Positions 54,789 through 64,000 of a stretch of DNA of 64,000 bases are shown here, piece after piece. The notes under the pieces were generated by a model. It saw nothing but the letters and a program-made list of their open reading frames with translations. It made no database searches and was not told the DNA's origin. The DNA comes from an uncultured Acidobacteriota bacterium (GTDB lineage Bacteria; Acidobacteriota; Vicinamibacteria; Vicinamibacterales; UBA2999): NCBI GenBank assembly GCA_963742105.1, contig CAVUKN010000007.1, positions 777,979-841,978 on the forward strand, written 5' to 3'. A program made the position numbers and the translations under genes. Every line of letters starts with the position of its first letter. Position 1 is the stretch's first letter.

Positions 54789-55196
54789 GTGGGCCCAGGA
54801 CTCTGGCCGGTATGTTCGTGCCGCTGGCTATCGTGCTGCTGACCGCCGTGCCGCTGAGTGCGCATCACTCTTTCGCCGCCTTCGATCGCAAGAAGGAGAT
54901 CACGGTGACCGGGGTCGTGAAGGAGGTGCAGTGGAACAATCCGCACGCCTGGATTCAGGTGATCGTGACCGATCCCAAGGGGAAGCCGACCGAGTGGGGA
55001 TTCGAGTGCGGCAGTCCCGAACATGATGGCGCGAACCGGCTGGAAGCGGACGACGGTGAAAACGGGGGACAAGGTGACCGTGGTGGGGAATCCTTTGAAA
55101 GACGGGCGGCCGAATGCGGCGCTCGTCCGGATCACGCTGCCGGACGGCCGGGTGCTCGGCCCTGGCGATGCGCCGCCGCCCAAACCTCTCAAGTAG
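54785..55196 (+). CDS. DUF6152-family exported protein, one frameshift
   Basis: AHHSFAAFD, GVVKEVQWNNPH; after a shift near 55018, GDKVTV.GNPLKDG...ITLPDGR to TAG 55196. Confidence 0.85.
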
Positions 55197-55266
55197 GTGG
55201 ATGCTGCGGAGCGCGCGAGGAGTCTCAGCCAATGCTGCGCAGCGATCTCGCCGAGGTGCAACCGCG

Positions 55267-56441
55267 ATGAGACTTGCACGCATCGTCGTCATGATCGCCA
55301 CGGCTTTCGCGCTTGCCCTGCTGGTCGCGCCAATTGGCGCCATGCAGTCGGGGAAGACTCCTGGGTCGCCGATGGCACCCGCCTTCGAGGTGGATCCGTT
55401 CTGGCCCAAGCCGCTGCCGAATCACTGGGTGCTCGGGTCCACGATCGGCGTGTCGGTCGACGCGCAGGATCATGTCTGGATTCTCCATCGGCCGCAGACC
55501 GTGGACGACAACTTCAAGGCCGCGGAGGCGACGCCGCCGATCGGCGTCTGCTGCAAGGTCGCGCCGCCGGTGCTCGAGTTCGATGCTGCGGGCAACCTGC
55601 TGGCGTCCTGGGGTGGGCCGGGTCCCGGCTATGAGTGGCCCATGAGCAATCACGGGATCACGGTGGACTCGCAGGGGAACGTCTGGATCGGCGGCAACGA
55701 CGCGACGGATACGCAGATCCTGAAGTTCACCGGCGCCGGAAAGTTTCTGCTGCAGATCGGGAAGCACGGGGTGCACGAGGGCAGCAACGACACCCGGAAC
55801 TTCTGGCGGGCGGCGAAGTTGTTCGAGGACGTCGCGGCCGGAGGAAATGTACGTGGCCGACGGCTACGGCAACCGCCGCGTGATCGTCATCGATCGGGAT
55901 AGCGGTACATACAAACGGCACTGGGGCGCGTACGGAGTCAAGCCGGACGACACGGAAGTGCCGGCGTACACCCCGGCGGCGCCGCCGTCGAAGCACTTCA
56001 ACACCGTGCACTGCGCCAACGTCTCGAGCGACGGTTTCGTGTATGTGTGCGATCGCGCCAACGATCGGGTGCAGGTGTTCCGCAAGGACGGCACGTTCGT
56101 AAAAGAGGCGTTCTTCGACACCGCAGACGCTGCGATCGGGTTCCGTCTGGGACATTGCGTTCTCGCGCGATCCGCAGCAGGCCTACCTCTACATCGCGAA
56201 CGGAGTGGATGAGAAGATCAGCATCGTCGATCGCAGCACGCTGACGGTGCTGACCAGTTTCGGCGACGGCGGCCGGCAGCCCGGCCAGTTCTATGGCGTC
56301 CACAACCTGGCGACCGATTCGCGCGGCAACCTGTACGCGACCGAGACCTACAACGGCGCGCGCATCCAGCGATTCGTCTACAAGGGCCTCGCGCCGGTGA
56401 CGCGAGCGGTGCAAGGCGTGCCCTGGCCGGTGAAGCGCTGA
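55267..56441 (+). CDS. secreted NHL-repeat beta-propeller protein (PAL-like), two frameshifts
   Basis: FEVDPFWPKPLP, HGITVD, YVADGYGNRR, YVCDRANDRVQVF, HNLATDSRGNLY. Confidence 0.85.
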
Positions 56442-56443
56442 TC

Positions 56444-56512
56444 GTAGGGCGGGGCTTCAGCCCGGCCTAACGGGCTACAGTGGCGCTAGCGGGCCGCCTT
56501 GTCAGGCCCGCG
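56444..56512 (+). repeat. GTAG-type REP-like hairpins
   Basis: GTAGGGCGGGGCTTCAGCCCGGCC plus a degenerate second copy. Confidence 0.65.
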
Positions 56513-56550
56513 TCTCGAGGCTGATAAGTGGCTCCACATGCGGAGGAGAC

Positions 56551-57171
56551 ATGCGCAATTTTGTCCTGGTGCTGGCGGGTGTCGTGGCCGGTATCGCGGT
56601 CTCGATGGCCCAGAGCCGTATCAATCCGACCGATCCACAGCCGACCTGCTCGATGTGCCCGGGCTACTACGTCCCGTTGTCAGAGCTCGAGGCGTACACC
56701 AAGAAGGCTGTCGCCGAGAAGCTGACGGATCAGCAGGTCCGCGACATCGATATCGGCAAATCGCACATCGGCATCGGGATGGTTCACCGTGGGCGGTTGA
56801 CGGCACCGGCCGCGAACTCGGTTGCGGAGCATGATCAGGTCAGCGAGGTCTACCACATCGTCGACGGGGCGGCGACGCTGGTCCTGGGGCCCGACATCAC
56901 CAATCGCCAGCGGCGACCATCCACACTGCTGACCGTGCGCGAATTCAACGGTCCCGGGAACAACGGTTCCGAGATTCGCAACGGCGTGACCTACAACCTG
57001 AAGCCCGGCGATGTGGTGGTCATTCCCGCCGGAACCGGCCACTGGTTCACCAAGATCGACGATCACATCGACTACCTGATGGTGCGGATCGACCCGGATA
57101 AGGTGACGCCACTCAAGAGCGAGGCGCAGTCGAAGGAATACCTGACGAAACCAGCCCCGCGCGACCCGTAG
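56551..57171 (+). CDS. exported cupin-domain protein
   Basis: RBS GGAGG; signal peptide; CSMC; EHDQVSEVYHI..G; LKPGDVVVIPAGTGHWF. Confidence 0.85.
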   Translation: MRNFVLVLAGVVAGIAVSMAQSRINPTDPQPTCSMCPGYYVPLSELEAYTKKAVAEKLTDQQVRDIDIGKSHIGIGMVHRGRLTAPAANSVAEHDQVSEVYHIVDGAATLVLGPDITNRQRRPSTLLTVREFNGPGNNGSEIRNGVTYNLKPGDVVVIPAGTGHWFTKIDDHIDYLMVRIDPDKVTPLKSEAQSKEYLTKPAPRDP

Positions 57172-57227
57172 GCCACACGAGTTCGAACTGTCCACGTCGA
57201 CGTTCGAACCGGCGGGTTCAGTCTGCG

Positions 57228-57338
57228 ATGCCGTGGTTCCTGACCACCCAGCCGATCGACATACCCGGCACCGCTGCTGCCAGCAATACGATCACCGTCG
57301 TGATGAACTGGCAGGAACGGCTCACGCTCAAGAAGTGA
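57228..57338 (+). pseudogene. remnant C-terminus of a Ser/Thr-kinase/TolB-propeller type protein
   Basis: WFL...ITVVMNWQERL resembles the recurrent terminal motif (RFL...ITVVLNW.E.L) of these proteins, recognised from memory. Confidence 0.5.
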
Positions 57339-57355
57339 GAGGCGAGAAGTAGCGA

Positions 57356-57385
57356 AGGGGCGACGCGGTTGCCCGTGTCGCCCCT
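57356..57385. terminator. GC-rich hairpin between convergent genes
   Basis: AGGGGCGACGCGG-TTGC-CCGTGTCGCCCCT; no clear U-tract. Confidence 0.5.
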
Positions 57386-57393
57386 CAGGTACG

Positions 57394-59048
<1,655 letters not shown>

Positions 59049-60971
59049 CTACATTGCCTCAACGACCTGCATCGCCAGGTCCGCACGGCCGAATGGCGCC
59101 GAGACCTGGATGCCCTGCACGGTACCGCGGAGTGCAATCACCATCTCGCGCGCGATCGCCACGCCCTCTGCGATCGCGTGCTCCTTGGACTGCTCATTGG
59201 CGCGCCGCATACGCGCAATCACCTGATCGGGCACGACGACGCCCGGAACCTCGTTGGCGAGAAACTCGGCGTTGCGTACCGAGGTCAGCGGCCAGACGCC
59301 AGCCACGATTGGAATGTGCACATGCGCGGTCCGCGACAGGAACGTTTCGAGTTGCGCCAGGTCGAAAACCGGCTGCGTGATGGCGTACTCAGCGCCGGCC
59401 TCGACCTTGTATTCGAAGCGCTTCAGCTCGTAGTCGGCGTCTGGCGCGGTCGGGTTGACTCCGACACCAATCGCGAACTGCGTCGGCTTGCCAATCGAGT
59501 TCCCGCTGGGATCGAGCCCTCGATTCAACTGGTGGACGAGGTTGGTCAGACCGATGGAATCAATGTCGAACACCGCGGTCGCATCGGGAAAGGGGCCCAT
59601 CTTTGGCGGGTCGCCGGTGATCACCAGGATGTTCCGCAGCCCGACGGCCGCCGCGCCGAGCAGGTCGCTGAGCATGCCGAGAAGATTGCGGTCGCGGCAG
59701 CAGTAGTGCGTGACGGCTTCGATGCCGACGCGCTGCTCGACGAGGAGGCTCGTGAGGACCGCCGCCATTCGGCTCTGCGCACGCGGGCCGTCAGGAATGT
59801 TGACGGCGTCGACACCGGCTGCCTTCAGCACGGCGACGTCGCGCAGCATCTTCTCGGCATCGACGCCACGTGGCGGCACGATCTCGACTGAGGCGACCAT
59901 CTCGCCCCGGGCCAGCTTCGCCGCCCACTTCGACCGCGCTGCGAACGGTACGGGCTCGACTCCCGATCGACGCAGATCCGCTTGCATCGGCGCAGACGAC
60001 GCGTCGTCGCGATGTGCCTCACCCGGCTGTGAGCGGCCGGTCGCGGTCGTCCCGGACGTCGGTAGCCGGGCCGCCTGCCTGGGCACCAGTGGGCGCACCC
60101 CGTGCGCGATTGCGCGGATGTGCTCCGGTGTCGTCCCGCAGCACCCGCCCAGCACACGTGCGCCCGCCTGCAACAAGTGCCGGGCGTACGAGGCCATGTA
60201 TTCCGGGCTGGCCATGTACATCGTCCGGCCGCCGACGTCGCGCGGCATGCCGGCGTTCGGCTGCGCACTGAGTTTCCGCGTCGTCACCACCGCCATCTTC
60301 TCGATCGCGCCGAGGATTCCCTGCGGTCCCACTGAACAGTTCAGGCCGATGACGTCGGCGCCGAAGCCGTCGAGCGCGCGCGCCACCTGTTCCGGCGCCG
60401 CGCCGTACGCCGTGCGCCCATCTTCATCGACCGCCATCTGGGCGATCACGGGCATGGCCGGGTCGACCTCGCGTGCCGCCCGGATCGCCTGCTCGATCTC
60501 GAGGAGGTCGCCGAACGTCTCGAGGACGAAGCAGTCGGCCCCGCCCAACTTCAGGGCCTCCATCTGTTCGATGAACAACCCGCGCGCGCCCTCGATCGAG
60601 GTCGGTCCGTACGGCTCGAGCCTCACGCCGAGGGGCCCAATCGCGCCGGCGACGAGCAGGTCGTCGCCGGCTACCTCACGGGCGATCTGCGCGGCGGCGC
60701 GGTTGATCTCGCCCGCCTGCTGCTCGAGGCCATAGCCGGCCAGCTTCACGCGGTTTGCACCGAAGGTGTTCGTCTCGAGGACCTCGGCGCCGCTCTCCCG
60801 GTAGGCACGATGAATGTCCCGCACCAGATGGGGACTACGCAGATTCAGTTCGTCGTAGCACTGGTTGATGAAGATGCCCTTGGCATAGAGCATCGTTCCA
60901 ATCGCCCCGTCGAACAGGACGAACGTGGCGGGGTCGGCCAGGCGAGCGCGGCGCGTGTCGCGTGCGCTCAT
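59049..60971 (-). CDS. yitJ: bifunctional homocysteine S-methyltransferase / methylenetetrahydrofolate reductase
   Basis: DGAIGT, ETNTFGAN, GLNCS.GP, PNAG, GGCCGTT; then VEIVPP, NIPDGP, CRDRN, ITGDPP, ITQPVF. Confidence 0.92.
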   Translation of the reverse strand: MSARDTRRARLADPATFVLFDGAIGTMLYAKGIFINQCYDELNLRSPHLVRDIHRAYRESGAEVLETNTFGANRVKLAGYGLEQQAGEINRAAAQIAREVAGDDLLVAGAIGPLGVRLEPYGPTSIEGARGLFIEQMEALKLGGADCFVLETFGDLLEIEQAIRAAREVDPAMPVIAQMAVDEDGRTAYGAAPEQVARALDGFGADVIGLNCSVGPQGILGAIEKMAVVTTRKLSAQPNAGMPRDVGGRTMYMASPEYMASYARHLLQAGARVLGGCCGTTPEHIRAIAHGVRPLVPRQAARLPTSGTTATGRSQPGEAHRDDASSAPMQADLRRSGVEPVPFAARSKWAAKLARGEMVASVEIVPPRGVDAEKMLRDVAVLKAAGVDAVNIPDGPRAQSRMAAVLTSLLVEQRVGIEAVTHYCCRDRNLLGMLSDLLGAAAVGLRNILVITGDPPKMGPFPDATAVFDIDSIGLTNLVHQLNRGLDPSGNSIGKPTQFAIGVGVNPTAPDADYELKRFEYKVEAGAEYAITQPVFDLAQLETFLSRTAHVHIPIVAGVWPLTSVRNAEFLANEVPGVVVPDQVIARMRRANEQSKEHAIAEGVAIAREMVIALRGTVQGIQVSAPFGRADLAMQVVEAM

Positions 60972-61206
60972 GCCGCCACCCCCGGGCGCCGACGCCGTTG
61001 CCGGGAGGTGCCGTCGACACCGCGAGGCGCGACCGTCGGCAGGGCACGAGCGTCGAGGGATGGAGCCATTCAATATTGTGTGCAGTGGCAACGACAGGAA
61101 TCCAGTGAGAATCGCCGCGCGGAGGCGGAACGGGCAGCGCCACGAGCGGCAAACAGGATGCCCGTACCGTTTGCTATCCCACATCGCTATAGGTAGATTG
61201 ATTGAT

Positions 61207-62181
61207 GTGAGGAGCGCCTCCGCCCACTTCCGGCTCCTCGGCGACGAGGCGCGCCTGCGCCTGCTGCGCCTGCTGAGTCGAGAGCGGCTCAATGTCACGG
61301 AGCTGACGGCGGTACTCGGACTGGCCCAGTCCGGTGTCTCCCGGCACCTCAAGCTGTTGAAGGAAGCCGGGTTCATCGACGAGCAGCGCTCGGCGGGATT
61401 CACCTACTACGCGCTGGTCGACCTACGGCAGCGGGGGTTGGGATCGTTGTGGGACGCGCTGGTGGACCATTTCGCACAGGCCAGCCGCGATCCTGCGGTC
61501 AAGGCGGACCATACGAGGCTGCAGGAGGTGCTCCGCCTGCGAAAGGAGAATTTTCGCGAGCACGCCGCCGACCCGCGCGAAGGCCGGCAGCTCGTCCCCG
61601 GTCGCAGCTGGATGGCCTGGTCGCGTGCCCTCGGGTTGCTGCTGCCGCCGCTGCGGGTCGCCGATCTGGGATGTGGCGACGGCTATCTCACCATCGAATC
61701 GTCACGGTGGGCGGGCCGGGTCGTCGGCGTGGATCGGTCGCCCATCGTGCTCGCGCGCGCGCGACTGCTGGCGCAACGCCGGCGCGCCACCAATGTCACG
61801 TGGAAACGCGGGGAGCTGGAAAAACTGCCCCTCGACACGGCGAGCTTCGATCTGGCGCTGTTGTCACAGGCCCTTCATCACGCGGTGAATCCCAGCCGCG
61901 CACTGGCGGAGGCAGTCCGCATCCTGGTTCCCGGCGGCCGGTTGCTGATCCTCGAATTGCGGGAGCACAAGGAAGAGTGGGTCCGCGACAAGCTCGGCGA
62001 TCACGTGCTCGGCTTCAGCGAGACGGGGCTCCGGCACCTGTTATCGGAGGCTGGGTTGGTGGACGTTCGGACGAGTGCCGGCGCCAGCAAGGTGGGCGAC
62101 CCGTTCGCTGTGCTGCTGGCGCTCGCCCACAAGCCTGCGGCCACTCGCGGATCGAGCCGCCGTGCACGAAAGGATTCATGA
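61207..62181 (+). CDS. ArsR-HTH + SAM-methyltransferase-domain regulator (SahR/SamR-like)
   Basis: RLRLLRLL...QSGVSRHLKLL; ADLGCGDG, ALHH, L.PGGRL; 4-nt overlap with the metH start. Confidence 0.9.
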   Translation: MRSASAHFRLLGDEARLRLLRLLSRERLNVTELTAVLGLAQSGVSRHLKLLKEAGFIDEQRSAGFTYYALVDLRQRGLGSLWDALVDHFAQASRDPAVKADHTRLQEVLRLRKENFREHAADPREGRQLVPGRSWMAWSRALGLLLPPLRVADLGCGDGYLTIESSRWAGRVVGVDRSPIVLARARLLAQRRRATNVTWKRGELEKLPLDTASFDLALLSQALHHAVNPSRALAEAVRILVPGGRLLILELREHKEEWVRDKLGDHVLGFSETGLRHLLSEAGLVDVRTSAGASKVGDPFAVLLALAHKPAATRGSSRRARKDS

Positions 62182-64000
62182 CTTTCCCTGTCACCGGTCG
62201 GTCCCCCGACGCCAACGCCGCATCGACATCGGCCGTCCGACATCCGCTGGAAGCAGTTCTGGCGGAGCGTGTCGCCATCATGGACGGCGCCATGGGGACC
62301 ACCATTCGCGCGTACGGCATGACCGAGGCCGACATCCGCGGGGATCGGTTTCGCGACGCCGCCACGGATCTGCTCAACAACGGCGACCTGTTCTCGCTCA
62401 CGCAGCCGGCGATGATCTGCGACGTCCATCGCCGCTTTCTCGTCGCCGGCGCCGACATCATCGAGACCAACACGTTTGGCGCCACCACGATCAGCCAGAG
62501 CGAGTTCTTCGTCGACGATCCACGCGCGCGGGGCGGGCGGAAGGACCCGGCGTTCTACCAACACGTCATCGAAGATCCCTTCCTGCGTAGCCTCGCCTGG
62601 GAGATCAACGAACAATCGGCGCGGCAGTGCCGCGAGTGGGCCGATCGGGTCGCCGATGCTACCGGCCGGCCCCGATTCGTGGCCGGAGCGATCGGGCCGC
62701 TGACGGTGTCACTGTCCAGCTCGCCCGATGCCGACGACCCGGGCTTTCGTGTCGTCACGTTCGACCAGGTGCGGACCGCCTATGCCGAGCAGGTGCGCGC
62801 CCTCCTCGCGGGCGGCGTCGACCTCCTGCTCGTGGAGACAATTTTCGACTCTCTGAACGGGAAGGCCGCCCTCGTCGCCATTCAAGACGTGTTCGCCGAG
62901 GATCGTGTCTCCCTTCCCATCATGATTTCGGCCGCCGTCGGGCGCGGCGGCGAGACGATGATCTCGGCGCAGACGGTCGAAGCGTTCTGGACGGCAGTGG
63001 CGCACGTCAACCCGCTGTCGGTCGGGCTCAACTGTTCGCTTGGGCCGGACGGTATGTATCCCTTCCTCGAGCAACTGGCCGCCAAGTCGACGGCCGCGAT
63101 CTCCTGCTACCCGAACGCGGGCCTGCCCAATCCGCTCTCGCCGACCGGCTTCGATCTCACGCCGGCGGACATGGCTGCGTATCTGGGCCGCTTTGCGAAA
63201 GACGGGCTGATCAACATCGCCGGCGGTTGCTGCGGCAACACCCCGGAGCACATTGCCGCAATCGCCCGAGCCCTGGACGCGGAGCCCGGCCGCATGGTTC
63301 CGGAGCATCCGGTCGCCGGACCGGAGGTCCGCCGGCGCTCCGTCACCGTCCCGAGGCCGCTGCAACTCTGCGGTTCGCAACCGTTCGTGCAGCAGCCCGG
63401 CATCTTCATGCTCATCGGCGAAAGGACCAACGTTGCCGGCTCGCCGAAGTTTGCCAGGCTGATCAAGGAGGGCAAGTACGAGGAGGCCGTCAGCATTGCC
63501 CGTCAGCAGGTCGAAAACGGCGCCGATGTCGTCGACATCTGCATGGACGAAGGGATGATCGACGGCGTCGCGGCGATGAGCCGCTTTCTCCAGTTGCTCG
63601 CCAGCGAACCGGAAGTCGCCAAGGTCCCCTTCATGATCGACTCCTCCAAGTGGGAGGTGATTGAAGCCGGGCTCAAGTGTCTGCAGGGCAAGGGCATCGT
63701 CAACTCGATCTCCCTGAAGGAGGGCGAAGACCTGTTCCGCCAGCGCGCGCGCACCATCCGCGCGTATGGGGCAGCGGTGGTGGTGATGGCGTTCGACGAG
63801 CGGGGGCAGGCGGCCACGTACGCCGACAAGATCGCCGTCTGCGAACGCGCCTACCGCATCCTCGTCGATGACCTCGCGTTCCCACCAGAGGACGTCATCT
63901 TTGATCCCAACATCCTGACGGTGGCCACCGGGATGGAGGAGCACAACAACTACGCCGTCGATTTCATCGAGGCGACACGATGGATCAAGATCCACCTGCC
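62178..64000 (+). CDS. metH: cobalamin-dependent methionine synthase, truncated by window end; absent from ORF track
   Basis: Manual translation: MDGAMGT, ETNTF, VETIFD.LN, GLNCSLG, PNAGLP, GGCCG; pterin domain IGERTNVAGS, MIDSSKW, NSISLKEG, FDPNILT. Confidence 0.95.
   Translation, partial: MTFPVTGRSPDANAASTSAVRHPLEAVLAERVAIMDGAMGTTIRAYGMTEADIRGDRFRDAATDLLNNGDLFSLTQPAMICDVHRRFLVAGADIIETNTFGATTISQSEFFVDDPRARGGRKDPAFYQHVIEDPFLRSLAWEINEQSARQCREWADRVADATGRPRFVAGAIGPLTVSLSSSPDADDPGFRVVTFDQVRTAYAEQVRALLAGGVDLLLVETIFDSLNGKAALVAIQDVFAEDRVSLPIMISAAVGRGGETMISAQTVEAFWTAVAHVNPLSVGLNCSLGPDGMYPFLEQLAAKSTAAISCYPNAGLPNPLSPTGFDLTPADMAAYLGRFAKDGLINIAGGCCGNTPEHIAAIARALDAEPGRMVPEHPVAGPEVRRRSVTVPRPLQLCGSQPFVQQPGIFMLIGERTNVAGSPKFARLIKEGKYEEAVSIARQQVENGADVVDICMDEGMIDGVAAMSRFLQLLASEPEVAKVPFMIDSSKWEVIEAGLKCLQGKGIVNSISLKEGEDLFRQRARTIRAYGAAVVVMAFDERGQAATYADKIAVCERAYRILVDDLAFPPEDVIFDPNILTVATGMEEHNNYAVDFIEATRWIKIHL

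Noticed and set aside
59049-61403. 784 aa version of yitJ overlapping the regulator
   Set aside because: The first ~140 codons are antisense to the ArsR gene and the intergenic DNA; the domain starts just after ATG 60971.

Overview
A GC-rich 64 kb bacterial window. Gene content (Acidobacteria-type VWA protein, two DUF6152 gene pairs, NHL propeller, heptamer intergenic repeats) suggests an Acidobacteriota (Vicinamibacteria-like) genome; this is inference, not a database result. I see no rRNA, tRNA, CRISPR array, transposase or prophage gene. About 17 genes carry small frameshifts with otherwise intact motifs, best explained as long-read indel errors, so several ORF-track entries are fragments or false fusions. 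The window holds a metX-metY-CoA-binding operon divergent from a one-Cys OsmC plus flavoprotein pair, ABC exporters, a Tat multicopper oxidase, an ECF sigma/anti-sigma/ABC operon and an M13 peptidase. It also has a ~10 kb surface-glycosylation island with three TagF-like glycerophosphotransferase domains, TagD, CgeB-like and GT9 enzymes and two sigma54-like promoters. The last third holds a sugar ABC importer, solA, an AlkB-family gene and a ligM / yitJ / ArsR-methyltransferase / metH C1-methionine cluster running off the end. The most notable unexplained items are a ~370 bp multi-branched palindromic intergenic element (48889-49254), the glycerophosphate island, the LigM-MetH coupling, and the recurrent DUF6152 two-gene module. 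I cannot establish from sequence alone that any of them is undescribed.
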